NCBI GenBank assembly: GCA_012513855.1 | Contig: JAAZBK010000399.1 | Span: forward strand, 1 to 49,451 | Direction: 5' to 3' | Length of the DNA: 49,451 nt | Source: Acidimicrobiales bacterium | Lineage (GTDB): Bacteria > Actinomycetota > Acidimicrobiia > Acidimicrobiales > Iamiaceae | Shown here: positions 1 to 9,222 of the stretch, piece by piece | Position numbering within the stretch: the first letter of the stretch is position 1 | Layout of the letters: each line of letters begins with the position of its first letter | Made by a program: the position numbers and the translations under genes | Notes under the pieces: generated by a model | Seen by the model: only the letters and a program-made list of their open reading frames with translations | What the model was told of the DNA's origin: nothing | Databases searched by the model: none

Positions 1-761
1 ACGCCCGCCTTCACCATGGTGGCGGCGTGCAGGTAGGCGCTCACGGGAGTGGGGGCCACCATGGCGCCGGGCAGCCAGGCGTGGAACGGGTACTGGGCCG
101 ACTTGGTGAAGGCCCCGAGGAGGATCAGGGCCAGCGCCGCTCCCACCACGCCTCCCGACGGGGGAGCAGCCAGGATCTCCGACAGGCGGTAGGTGCCCGC
201 CTCGTTGCCGAGCAGCAGGAACCCGCCGAGCATGGCGAGACCGCCGGTTCCGGTGACCAGGAGCGCCTGCAGGGCGGCGTTGCGTGCCGGACCCTTCTCG
301 TGACGGTCGCCGATCAGCAGGAAGGACGTGATCGACGTGAGCTCCCAGAACCCGTAGATGACCAGGAGGTTGTCGGCCAGCACGAGGCCGACCATGGCCC
401 CGCCGAAGAGCGTGAGGAGTCCGAGGAGCCGGCCGACCCGGGGATCGGCCGAGTCGAAGTAGCCCGCGGAGTAGATGAAGACCGCCAGCCCGATGCCTGC
501 TGCTAGCAGGACCATCACCGCCGAGAGGCCGTCGAGTCGCAGGTCGAGGTCTACGCCGAGCTCGGGCATCCACGAGACGTGGGCGGTGACCACGTCTCCC
601 CGGTTGACCCCCTTGAGCTTGCTGAGCAGCCAGATCAGGGTGACCCCGGGCACGGTTGCGCAGACCGTCGCGGCCAGCCCGGGACGGATCCGGTTGAGCC
701 GCGCTCCCCCGAGCAGGACCACGAGTCCGACGATCAGGGGCCAGATGAGGATGGCGATCAT
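1..761 (-). CDS. mrpA: Na+/H+ antiporter subunit A (MrpA/MnhA family), 5' part; runs off the window start
   Basis: Manual translation of the minus strand from ATG 761 gives MIAILIWPL...SWMPELGVDLDLRLDGLS...AFTKSAQYPFHAWLPGAMVAPTPVSAYLHAATMVKAG, the MrpA/NuoL signature. Absent from the ORF track because there is no stop in the window. Confidence 0.9.
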   Translation of the reverse strand, partial: MIAILIWPLIVGLVVLLGGARLNRIRPGLAATVCATVPGVTLIWLLSKLKGVNRGDVVTAHVSWMPELGVDLDLRLDGLSAVMVLLAAGIGLAVFIYSAGYFDSADPRVGRLLGLLTLFGGAMVGLVLADNLLVIYGFWELTSITSFLLIGDRHEKGPARNAALQALLVTGTGGLAMLGGFLLLGNEAGTYRLSEILAAPPSGGVVGAALALILLGAFTKSAQYPFHAWLPGAMVAPTPVSAYLHAATMVKAG

Positions 762-920
762 CGCCAGTGGGTCCCGTGAACGGGCCCACCGGTGCCCCGA
801 CGGGGTCCGCTGGTGGGTCGTGGTCGCACGGTAAGGGGGGATCCTACTGGAGGCTCCTCGCCGTCCGGCCCGGAAGGGGGGTGCTTGCATCGTCGGTGCC
901 GGCAGACAACGCTGGTGGGG

Positions 921-1181
921 ATGGCGCTCACAGACCGCGACAAGGCGATCCTCGACTTCGAGCGGATGTGGTGGGCCGACCCCGATGCCAAGGCGAGGGC
1001 CATCCGGGAGCACTTCGAGGTCTCGCCCGCTCGCTACCACGAGCTCCTGGGTGAGATCCTGTCGGATCCGGAAGCCTTCCAACTCGATCCCCTCGTGGCC
1101 CGACGGTTGCGCCGCCAGCGCGAACGACGTCGGCCCGAGTTCGTCGAGGCCCGCCCCGCTAACGATTGGCCCCATCGATGA
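921..1181 (+). CDS. DUF3263 family small protein (Rv0430-like)
   Basis: MALTDRDKAILDFERMWW...KARAIREHFEVSPARYHELL...DPLVARRLRR pattern; sits upstream of a LytR_C gene as in other actinobacteria. Confidence 0.85.
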   Translation: MALTDRDKAILDFERMWWADPDAKARAIREHFEVSPARYHELLGEILSDPEAFQLDPLVARRLRRQRERRRPEFVEARPANDWPHR

Positions 1182-1783
1182 CCGCCCCCGACCACAGCAC
1201 CAGTGGATTCGACTCCAACACCCGTGGCCTCGCCGTGCTGGCCGTGGCGGTGGTGGTGGGGTTGCTCCTCCTGTTGAACGCGGGGAACGGCGGGGCGGCC
1301 GATCAGGTGGCCACCAACGGCTCCGGTGACGGCGGCGAGGTCACCGACAGCACCATCGACGTCTCCGGCCTGGGCGACGACGACGACGAGTCTGTCGACG
1401 AGAGCACCACCACCACGCCTGATCAGACCACCACCTCGAGCGTGCCGGAGACCACCGACACCCGGCCGCCGAACCAGGTGAAGGTCCTGGTCCTGAACGG
1501 TTGCGGAAGTGCCTGCCCCGGGGTGGCGGGCACCACCAGCGCCAGCATCGGCGAGACCGGCTTCGTGATGCAGCAGGCCGGCAACGCCTCCGCCCGGCCG
1601 GCCACCACCGTCGTCTACTTCGCCGAGAGCTACCAGGCCGACGCAGAAGCGGTGGCGGCGGTGATGGGCAAGGCCCCCGACGTGGTCGAGGCCATGCCGT
1701 CCACCTCTCCCGGGCCAGGGGCCGAGAACGCCAACGTGGTGGTGGTCCTGGGCGCAGACACGCCGCCTGCGTCGGGCAACTGA
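1178..1783 (+). CDS. Membrane-anchored LytR C-terminal domain protein (Rv0431/VirR-like)
   Basis: ATGA overlap with DUF3263; N-terminal TM helix, acidic/Thr linker, then VKVLVLNG...GVAG...GNA...TVVYF...VVVVLGAD. Confidence 0.85.
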   Translation: MTAPDHSTSGFDSNTRGLAVLAVAVVVGLLLLLNAGNGGAADQVATNGSGDGGEVTDSTIDVSGLGDDDDESVDESTTTTPDQTTTSSVPETTDTRPPNQVKVLVLNGCGSACPGVAGTTSASIGETGFVMQQAGNASARPATTVVYFAESYQADAEAVAAVMGKAPDVVEAMPSTSPGPGAENANVVVVLGADTPPASGN

Positions 1784-2589
1784 CCTCCGCCGACCAGCTG
1801 GCCGCCGCGCTGGCCGAGATCGTCGCCCGTCCAGAGAAGGCGGTGCTCATGTTCGACTTCGACGGGACGCTGGCCGACGTCGTCGAAGATCCCGCGGCAG
1901 CGCGGCCCCGACCGGGGGTGGTCGACCACCTGGCCGCCCTGGGCCACCGCTACCGCCAGGTCTGCGTGGTGTCGGGGCGGCCCGTCGGCTTCCTGGCCGA
2001 TCACCTGCCCGGCGGCCTGTTCCTGTCGGGTCTCTACGGCATGGAGGAGGTCGACGGCGGTCAGACGGTCGTTCCCGACGAGTTCCTCCGGTGGCAGGAC
2101 GCCGTCACGGGCGCGGTGTCCGATCTGACCACGTCGATCGCCCGAGATGGCCGGCTGACGGGGCTGGAGGTCGAGGACAAGGGCCTGTCGGTGACGGTCC
2201 ACTACCGGCGGCACCCGGAGCTGGGCGAGGCGGCGGTCGATCTCGCCACGCGGATCGCCGGCCGTCACTCGCTCGAGGTGCGCCCGGCTCGCATGTCGGT
2301 CGAGGTGCACCCACCGGTTCCCGCCGACAAGGGGACCGTGGTGCGACGGGTGATCGAGGGCGTCGACGGAGTCGAGGCCGCGGTGTTCGTGGGCGACGAT
2401 GTGGGTGACCTCCCGGCGTTCACCGCTCTGGCCGAGCTCCGGTCCGAGGGGCTGACCACCGCGGCGGTGGCGGTGGCGTCGAGCGAGATGGACCCGCGGA
2501 TGAGGGAGCAGGCCGACATCACCATCGCCGGCTCCGACGTGGAGGAGCTCCTGCGCGCACTGCGCTTCGGAGCGGGCGCCGATGGATAG
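1780..2589 (+). CDS. otsB: Trehalose-6-phosphate phosphatase (HAD)
   Basis: FDFDGTL, VVSGR, GLYGME, VEDKGLSVTVHYR, DKG and VGDDVGD motifs; adjacent to otsA. Start uncertain (CTG 1780 overlaps the upstream stop). Confidence 0.9.
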   Translation: MTSADQLAAALAEIVARPEKAVLMFDFDGTLADVVEDPAAARPRPGVVDHLAALGHRYRQVCVVSGRPVGFLADHLPGGLFLSGLYGMEEVDGGQTVVPDEFLRWQDAVTGAVSDLTTSIARDGRLTGLEVEDKGLSVTVHYRRHPELGEAAVDLATRIAGRHSLEVRPARMSVEVHPPVPADKGTVVRRVIEGVDGVEAAVFVGDDVGDLPAFTALAELRSEGLTTAAVAVASSEMDPRMREQADITIAGSDVEELLRALRFGAGADG

Positions 2590-2631
2590 GTTCCCCTGCG
2601 GCCTCGGACCGACGAACCAGGGAGACCCCCG

Positions 2632-4044
2632 ATGAGCAGCCCCGAAGGCCACCAGCCGTCGCCGGGCGGCGACCGCCCGCTGGTGGTGGTCTCGAACCGG
2701 GGTCCGGTGTCGTTCAGCCTGGTCGACGACGAACCGGTGGTGCGCCGTGGTGCAGGTGGCCTGGCATCGGGCCTGGGGCCGCTGGTCCGTGGCACCGGAG
2801 CGCTGTGGGTCGCCGCGGCCATGACCGACGGAGACCGCGCCACCGCCGCCCGGGGGGTGGTGCCCGCCGACGGCTTCGACGTCCGGTTGCTGGACATCGA
2901 TGCCCGGACCTGGAGCCTCCACTACGACTCGGTGTGCAACGAAGCGCTCTGGTTCGCCCACCACGGCCTGTTCGACTCCGTGTACTCGCCCACGTGGCCT
3001 CCCGGCTGGGTCGACAGCGCCTGGGACGCATACCGAAGGGTCAACGTCGCCTTCGCCGAGGCGGTGGCCGGCGACGCCCCGCGCGATGCGGTGGTGCTCA
3101 TCCAGGACTACCACCTCTGCCTCATGGCCGAGCCGTTGCGGCGGGCCCGGCCCGACCTGGCACTGGTCCACTTCAGCCACACGCCGTTCGCCACCCCGGC
3201 ATGGCTGCGGATGCTCCCCGACGTCGTCCGGACCGAGCTGGTCGACGGGCTCGCGGCCCACCACGCCGTGGGGTTCCACACCGGTAGGTGGGTGGCCGAC
3301 TTCGAGGCTTGCTGTGCAGACCTGGGCATCAGGCCCCCTGCCACCTTCGCGTCGCCGCTGGCCCCCGACCCCGACGACCTTCGGGCCACCGTCGAGTCCG
3401 CGGCGTGCCAGGAGGCCGGCCGCGAGCTCGATGAGATCATCGGCGACCGCGCGTTCGTGGCCCGTGTCGACCGGATCGAGCTGTCGAAGAACATCCTGCG
3501 GGGCTTCGATGCCTTCGCCGCGCTGCTGGAGGCCGATCCCTCGAGGCACGGCAAGGTGGTGTTCGGGGCGTTCTGCTACCCGTCCCGCCAGGGGGTGGCC
3601 GACTACGACCGCTACGCCACGGCGGTGGCCAGCCGGGTTGGGGAGATCAACGAGCGCTTCGGCACCTCCGACTGGACCCCCATCCACTACGACCCCACCG
3701 ACCACTACCCCCGCTCGGTGGCGGCGCTGGTCCGAGCCGACGTCGTGGTGGTGAACCCGGTGCGCGACGGTCTCAACCTGGTGGCCAAGGAGGCGGTGGT
3801 GGTGAACGACCGCGACGGTCAGCTCCTGCTGTCACCCGAGGCCGGGGCCTGGCCCGAGCTGGCCACCCACGCCTGGCGCGCCGACCCGTTCGACGTCGGT
3901 CAGACCGCGAGGGCCATGGCTGGTGCCCTCGACGCCACACCCGGCGAGCGACGGCGGCGCGCCGACGGCCTCCGCTCCGCGGCCACGGCGCGCACCTCGG
4001 CCGACTGGCTGGCCGACCAGCTGGCAGCCGCCCCGGTGCGCTGA
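2632..4044 (+). CDS. otsA: Trehalose-6-phosphate synthase (GT20)
   Basis: VVSNRGP, AGGLASGL, QDYHL, HFSHTPF, RVDRIELSKNILRG and DGLNLVAKE motifs. Confidence 0.95.
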   Translation: MSSPEGHQPSPGGDRPLVVVSNRGPVSFSLVDDEPVVRRGAGGLASGLGPLVRGTGALWVAAAMTDGDRATAARGVVPADGFDVRLLDIDARTWSLHYDSVCNEALWFAHHGLFDSVYSPTWPPGWVDSAWDAYRRVNVAFAEAVAGDAPRDAVVLIQDYHLCLMAEPLRRARPDLALVHFSHTPFATPAWLRMLPDVVRTELVDGLAAHHAVGFHTGRWVADFEACCADLGIRPPATFASPLAPDPDDLRATVESAACQEAGRELDEIIGDRAFVARVDRIELSKNILRGFDAFAALLEADPSRHGKVVFGAFCYPSRQGVADYDRYATAVASRVGEINERFGTSDWTPIHYDPTDHYPRSVAALVRADVVVVNPVRDGLNLVAKEAVVVNDRDGQLLLSPEAGAWPELATHAWRADPFDVGQTARAMAGALDATPGERRRRADGLRSAATARTSADWLADQLAAAPVR

Positions 4045-4063
4045 TCACGGGCACTATGGGGTG

Positions 4064-5050
4064 ATGCGAGTGCTCGCCGCGCCCGACAAGTTCAGAGGCA
4101 CCGCGACCGCGGCCGAGGTGGCGCGCGCGGTGGCGGCCGGCGCGGCGACCGCCGGAGCCAGGACGAACGAGGTGCCGCTCAGCGACGGTGGCGAGGGGTT
4201 CCTCGAGGTGTTCGGGGGCGCGAACCGATCCACCGTGGTCAGGGGCCCGCTCGGGGAGCAGGTCGACGCCGGTTGGCGGCTCGACGGGCGCACCGCCGTG
4301 ATCGAGATGGCCCGGGCGTCGGGACTGGAGCTGGTGGGCGGACCCGACGGCAACGATCCCATCGCCGCCGACACCACCGGCACCGGCGAACTGATCTCTG
4401 CCGCGCTCGACGCCGGAGCTCGCCGGATCCTCGTGGGCCACGGCGGTTCGGCCACCACCGACGGCGGGCTCGGGGCGGTGAAGGCCCTGTTCCCGACGGC
4501 TCGCCTCCGGGGGGTCGAACTGGTGGCCGCGGTCGACGTCGACACCCGCTTCGTCGACGCCGCCGGCCGCTTCGCGGCCCAGAAGGGGGCGACACCGGCT
4601 CAGGTCGAGTTGCTGCGTCGCCGGCTGGAACGGTTGGCGCAGGTCTATCGGGACGAGCACGGGATCGAGGTCGACCAGCTGGCGGGATCCGGGGCTGCCG
4701 GTGGCCTGGCGGGAGGGCTGGCGTCGGTGGGAGCCGTGATCGAACCCGGGTTCGACCTTATCTCCGACGAGTTGGACCTGGTGAACGCGGTGGAGCGCGT
4801 CGACCTCGTGGTCACCGGCGAGGGCTTCGTCGACGCGTCGTCGTTCGACGGCAAGGTGGTCGGGGGGATCGTCGATCTGGGCGCTGAGCTGGGGGTGCCG
4901 GTGCTCGTGGTGGCTGGGGAGGTCTTCGACGGGGTGGGCGACCACGTCGACGCGGTGAGCCTGGTGGAGAGGTTCGGACGGGACCGGGCGATGTCGGATC
5001 CGCTCGGATGCGTGGTGGAGACCGTGGCCCACCGCCTGGCCCACCTCTGA
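4064..5050 (+). CDS. glxK: Glycerate kinase (GlxK family)
   Basis: MRVLAAPDKFRGT, PLSDGGEG, IEMARASGL, GGSATTDGG, GSGAAGG and VTGEG motifs. Confidence 0.92.
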   Translation: MRVLAAPDKFRGTATAAEVARAVAAGAATAGARTNEVPLSDGGEGFLEVFGGANRSTVVRGPLGEQVDAGWRLDGRTAVIEMARASGLELVGGPDGNDPIAADTTGTGELISAALDAGARRILVGHGGSATTDGGLGAVKALFPTARLRGVELVAAVDVDTRFVDAAGRFAAQKGATPAQVELLRRRLERLAQVYRDEHGIEVDQLAGSGAAGGLAGGLASVGAVIEPGFDLISDELDLVNAVERVDLVVTGEGFVDASSFDGKVVGGIVDLGAELGVPVLVVAGEVFDGVGDHVDAVSLVERFGRDRAMSDPLGCVVETVAHRLAHL

Positions 5051-5060
5051 ACCGCGCGAA

Positions 5061-5081
5061 CCCGAACGTGCATCGTTCGGG
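5061..5081 (+). terminator. Short hairpin after glxK (possible terminator)
   Basis: cccgaacg-tgcat-cgttcggg, 8-bp stem 10 nt after the stop; no U-tract. Confidence 0.35.
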
Positions 5082-5102
5082 GTCGATCGGGGTAGAGAAG
5101 TC

Positions 5103-5192
5103 CCTGACGTTCGCGGTGTGGGGTGGACTCCTTTGCCGTGAGAGCGTCACTGCCGCCGGTCGCCGTCCGCGAGGAGGGCGACCGGCGGCGCG
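5103..5192 (+). ncRNA. Candidate small RNA (two hairpins)
   Basis: Long imperfect stem 5105-5149 with G-U pairs on the + strand and an ACUCCUU segment; second hairpin 5152-5189 (13 bp, G.G mismatch, 3 bp, GCGA tetraloop); upstream GCATC-N15-GGGTAG. Confidence 0.45.
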
Positions 5193-5227
5193 TCGCGGCT
5201 GCGATCGCCCGCCGGCGGAGCGGTACC

Positions 5228-6964
5228 TCAGGCTCGGAGCGGTGCGCCGGTCTGCAGCATCTGTTCGTGGTCGGCTGCCGGTACGGCCGGGCTGTAGAGG
5301 TAGCCCTGCGCTCCCTCGCAACCGAGCGAGCGGACCAGTTCGGCCTGCTCGGCGGTCTCGACGCCTTCGGCGGTGACCGAGATCTCGAGCTTGTCCGCCA
5401 TGGCCACCACCGCAGCGGTCAACCGCCGGTCACGGTCGCTCGTGGCGATGTCGGTCACGAAGCTGCGGTCGAGCTTCACCACGTCGATGTGGTAGCGGCG
5501 CAGGTAGGTGAGCGACGCGTAGCCCGTGCCGAAGTCGTCCAGCGCGATCGACACCCCGATGGCCGACAGGCCTTCCAGGTTGCTGGCCGCCGCGGGGGTG
5601 TCGTGGAGCAGAGCCGACTCGGTGATCTCCACGCACAGCTGCTCCGGCCGGCAGCCGGTGGCGTCGATCGCCCGGTGGAACCGGGCGAGCAGGTCAGGAT
5701 CGTCCAGTTGGCGGGGAGCCAGGTTCATCCGCAGGAGGATGTCGTGGCGGTTCCACTCGGCTGCCTGCCGGCACACGGTCTCCAGCACGGAGTTGCCGAT
5801 GGGGACGATCAGGCCGCTCTCCTCCGCTATCTCGATGAACCGTGCCGCCGGATAGACCTCGCCAGAGGGGTGCCGCCACCGGAGCAGCGCCTCGGCCGCA
5901 CGGATGGTCCCGTTGGCGAGGCTGACCTCGGGCTGGTACCAGACCTCCAGTTCGTCGCGGGGCAGCGCGCCCCGGAGCTGGTTCTCCAGGCGCAGGCGCT
6001 CGTCGATGGCGGTGCGGAGGGTCTCGTCGAACACCGACACCCCGTCGCGTCCGTTGGCCTTGGCCACGTACATCGCCGTATCGGCCTCTCGGAGCAGGTC
6101 GTTGGCGTCGACCTGGTCGCGGCTGGCCGACGTGACCGAGATGCCGACGCTGGCGGTGGCCGACAGCTCCGTCTCGCCCGAGAGGAGGGGGCGGCGGAAC
6201 GCCTCGACCACCCGCAAGGCCACGTGCACGGCTTCGGCCGGATCGGGGAGGTGCCGCATCACCACCACGAACTCGTCGCCGCCGTGCCGGGCCACCAGGT
6301 CGCCGGGCCTCACGTTCTCCACGAGGCGCTCGGCCGCCAGGCAGAGCAGCCTGTCTCCCACCGCGTGACCGAGGGAGTCGTTGACGAGCTTGAAGCGGTC
6401 GAGGTCGACGAGGAGCACCGCGGTGGTGAAGGTGGAGTCGAAGCTCGCTCGCACGGCCTGCTCGAGGACGTCGAGCAGGGCGGTCCGGTTGGCCAGGCCG
6501 GTCAGCGGGTCGCGGGCGGCCGCCCGGATGAGGGCGTTCTCGGCCAGCTTCCGGCTGGTGATGTCGCGGCTCATCATGATGACGTGCTCGACGCCTCCGT
6601 GGTCATCGACCTGGGGGATGAGCGTGGTCTCGAACCAGCGTTCGCGCTCGCCCGAACCGAAGCTGTCCTGATAGGTGGCCTTCTCCGCGGTGGCGAACAC
6701 CTTGCGGATCCGGTCCTCGCGGAGCTCGGCCTGATCGTCTCCGAAGCCCATCTCGGCGTGGGTCCGGCCTATCCATTCGTGGACGGCCAGCCCGCTCAGC
6801 TGGGCCGTGCGGTCGTTGACGAAGTCGTAGCGGAGTCGACGGTCGAACCGGGCTATGGAGTCGACCGTCTCGTCGACGACCACCCGCAGCATGCGCTCCA
6901 GCTCAGAGGGGCCCGCGGGATCGCCTCGGGTCCGTCCGTCGTGGTTTTCACCCCTTGGCCCCAT
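5228..6964 (-). CDS. PAS-GGDEF-EAL diguanylate cyclase/phosphodiesterase
   Basis: PAS region, DPLTGLANR, RPGD (I-site)...HGGDEF, AEALLRW, EITE, DDFGTGY, VKLDRSF, AEGVET. Start uncertain. Confidence 0.93.
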   Translation of the reverse strand: MGPRGENHDGRTRGDPAGPSELERMLRVVVDETVDSIARFDRRLRYDFVNDRTAQLSGLAVHEWIGRTHAEMGFGDDQAELREDRIRKVFATAEKATYQDSFGSGERERWFETTLIPQVDDHGGVEHVIMMSRDITSRKLAENALIRAAARDPLTGLANRTALLDVLEQAVRASFDSTFTTAVLLVDLDRFKLVNDSLGHAVGDRLLCLAAERLVENVRPGDLVARHGGDEFVVVMRHLPDPAEAVHVALRVVEAFRRPLLSGETELSATASVGISVTSASRDQVDANDLLREADTAMYVAKANGRDGVSVFDETLRTAIDERLRLENQLRGALPRDELEVWYQPEVSLANGTIRAAEALLRWRHPSGEVYPAARFIEIAEESGLIVPIGNSVLETVCRQAAEWNRHDILLRMNLAPRQLDDPDLLARFHRAIDATGCRPEQLCVEITESALLHDTPAAASNLEGLSAIGVSIALDDFGTGYASLTYLRRYHIDVVKLDRSFVTDIATSDRDRRLTAAVVAMADKLEISVTAEGVETAEQAELVRSLGCEGAQGYLYSPAVPAADHEQMLQTGAPLRA

Positions 6965-7129
6965 AGGACTCGTTCCCCACATCGGGTCGGCGCTCGGCCA
7001 GTGCTCGCGTCGACTGATCGGGAGCATAGTGGTGGCGTCGCCGCGGCACGTGGGGATGTGGCGGTCGGGAGACGGTCCCGGTCACGATCCCGGTCACGAC
7101 AGCCTGATCGTTGTGGGAGGATGCGCTTG

Positions 7130-7858
7130 ATGGCAGAAGACCAGGACGCCTTCGTCGCCCAGTGGCGGTTCGACAGCATCGAGACCTACCTCGATGTCGA
7201 CGCGGGCGTGCCCGTGGAACAGGGCGAGCGCCTCTCGATCCTCAACACCGAGGACCGCGCCATCGCTCTCACCGCCGCTGAGATGCGGGTGGAGTCGATG
7301 GTGTCGGCCCTGTCCGATCGCGCGTTGGCGAAGGCGGCGGTCACAGCGGTCGACCGGCTCTACCGCGCCGGCACCACGATGTCGTTGTGGAGCCCCGACA
7401 TAGCGTCGTACGTGCAGGCCACGTGGGGGTCGATCTTCAAGGCGCTGGGCCTTCGCGGCTACCGCATCCACTACGTGGTGGAGCACGACCACCCCGAGAG
7501 GATCGGCAGGCCGCTGGAGCTCTACCCGGACCTGTTCGCGTCGGCGGGGTTCGCGTACGTCTCCCCGTACACCTTCGCCAACGATCTGCCCGATGCCCTC
7601 GACGCCGAGGTCACCCCCGAGGGCCTGGCCCCGTTCCTCGGCGCCGGTCGGGAGATGGCTCGTGAGAGAGCCGAGGAACTGGTGAGGGCGGGTCGCCACC
7701 TCGCCTACGTGGAGGCGGCGCCGGCCGATGGTGCGGTCGACGCCATCCTTGCCCAGATCGAGATCACTCCCGGAACCATCGGCGTCCACCGCGTGGGCGA
7801 ACCGGTCGAGGAACCGCCCCCCGAGGTCATCTTCTCGTCGCGGGGTCCTGGGGGCTGA
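7130..7858 (+). CDS. Hypothetical protein (242 aa)
   Basis: GGAGG 9 nt before ATG 7130; host-like codon usage; C-terminal part of the long 5123..7858 ORF. Confidence 0.75.
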   Translation: MAEDQDAFVAQWRFDSIETYLDVDAGVPVEQGERLSILNTEDRAIALTAAEMRVESMVSALSDRALAKAAVTAVDRLYRAGTTMSLWSPDIASYVQATWGSIFKALGLRGYRIHYVVEHDHPERIGRPLELYPDLFASAGFAYVSPYTFANDLPDALDAEVTPEGLAPFLGAGREMARERAEELVRAGRHLAYVEAAPADGAVDAILAQIEITPGTIGVHRVGEPVEEPPPEVIFSSRGPGG

Positions 7859-7862
7859 TCAC

Positions 7863-9095
7863 TCAGCTGGCGGCCTCGTCGGCATCGGGCTCGTCAACAT
7901 CGGGTTCGTCAGCAATCGGCTCGTCGGCGTGGGGCTCGTCGGTGTGGGGCTCGCCAGCGGCGGTTGGCTCCTCCGTTCGCGGGTGGGCGACCCAGCGGTA
8001 CTCGCCGGTGGCGTCGTCCCAGACCCTTCGGGACGCGGCTTGTCCGGTCTCGTGGGCCAGGTCGCGCACGGTTCCGAGCCGTCGTTGCCGTCCGAGCGTG
8101 CCCATCTTCAACGACAGGTAGGCGATGCCGCCGAGGGGGATCGGCAACCAGAACTGGGCGAAGCGCCAGCACAGCACGGCGATGGTGGCGGAGTTGGCGG
8201 GAACCCCGAACCCGACCAGGGTCGGCGCCAGCGCGGCTTCCACCACGCCGAGGCCGCCGGGGGTGATGGGGATCGCCGCCAGCACGCCGGCGAGGCCGAA
8301 CGCCACCACCAGGTTGATGGGGTTGACCGAGCTCCCGAACGCGCGGAGGAAGACCCAGAGCGAAGCCGCCTCCAGCAGCCAGTTCGCCGTGGCCCAGAGC
8401 ACCCCGCTCTTGATCAGCTCTGGCTGTCGGGCCAGTTCGTGGAGGCGTTCGGCGAGCTGGTGGACGAACCGCGAGGCGGTGTCCTCGTGCACGTAGGGGA
8501 CCCGTCGGGCGATCGCCCTCAGGACCTTCTCGGCCCGGTCCCGCCCCTCCATCAGGAGGTAAACGAGCGCGCCGGCCGACGCCAGCAGCAGCACGCCGAC
8601 GAGAGCGGCGCCCGCGTAGAGGGGGTTGTAGCCGTTGAGGGGGATGGATATGAGGAGCGCCACCCACAGGAGGAGGTTGAGCACAACCGCCGATCCGAGA
8701 CCCACCGTGGCCATGGCGAACCCGGCCGCGGTGGGGGGCACCCCGCTCTCGGTGAAGAGCCGGTATCCCAGGGTGCCGCCGGCTGCGGACCCGCCGGGGA
8801 CGATGTTGGTGACCGACTTGGTGGCCAGCTGGATCCGGAAGATCGTGAACATCGACAGGTGAGGTTCCGGCGGGAGGGTGACCCTGGTGAGCACGGTGTA
8901 CGCGATGAGCGCCGAGCCCTGGAGCCCGACGGCGAGCGCCAGCAGCAGCGGGTTCACCTGGCGGATCAGGTCGGCCGACTCCCGGCTCTGGGCCCACTGC
9001 GGCAGGACGATGTAGTAGATGACGAACAGGAAGAACAACACGAACAGCGTCCGCTTGACGGCGCGACGGGACGCGGAAGAGCGCTTGGCGCTCAT
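7863..9095 (-). CDS. Lysylphosphatidylglycerol synthase TM/flippase-like membrane protein (YbhN family)
   Basis: Multi-TM; NIVPGGSAAGG, IPITPGGLGVVE and WRFAQFWLP motifs. Start approximate. Confidence 0.88.
   Translation of the reverse strand: MSAKRSSASRRAVKRTLFVLFFLFVIYYIVLPQWAQSRESADLIRQVNPLLLALAVGLQGSALIAYTVLTRVTLPPEPHLSMFTIFRIQLATKSVTNIVPGGSAAGGTLGYRLFTESGVPPTAAGFAMATVGLGSAVVLNLLLWVALLISIPLNGYNPLYAGAALVGVLLLASAGALVYLLMEGRDRAEKVLRAIARRVPYVHEDTASRFVHQLAERLHELARQPELIKSGVLWATANWLLEAASLWVFLRAFGSSVNPINLVVAFGLAGVLAAIPITPGGLGVVEAALAPTLVGFGVPANSATIAVLCWRFAQFWLPIPLGGIAYLSLKMGTLGRQRRLGTVRDLAHETGQAASRRVWDDATGEYRWVAHPRTEEPTAAGEPHTDEPHADEPIADEPDVDEPDADEAAS
7872..7955 (-). repeat. 15-bp imperfect coding tandem repeat (DEPxx pentapeptides)
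   Basis: Encodes GEPHT-DEPHA-DEPIA-DEPDV-DEPDA-DEA at the C-terminus of the YbhN-like protein. Confidence 0.8.
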
Positions 9096-9222
9096 CGAAC
9101 GCGACTGTCGGGTCGAGGCCCGACGGGAACGGGGATCATCGTGAAGATGCCCCCATTCTTCCCGCATCGCCCCGAGATAGGTGGAAAGGGGCCTGTCAGC
9201 ACCCACCGGTAGGGTGGCTCCG

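Noticed and set aside
762-920. Na+/Li+ riboswitch (DUF1646, nhaA-I/II) upstream of mrpA
   Set aside because: Small hairpins are present, but the GUCGGGCCG core I associate with these motifs is absent.
5123-7129. 911-aa + strand ORF and other long antisense ORFs (1630-3705, 9196-11373, 42626-44779, 45654-48593)
   Set aside because: Shadow frames of real genes in high-GC DNA, with no recognisable motifs; only 7130-7858 of the first looks real.
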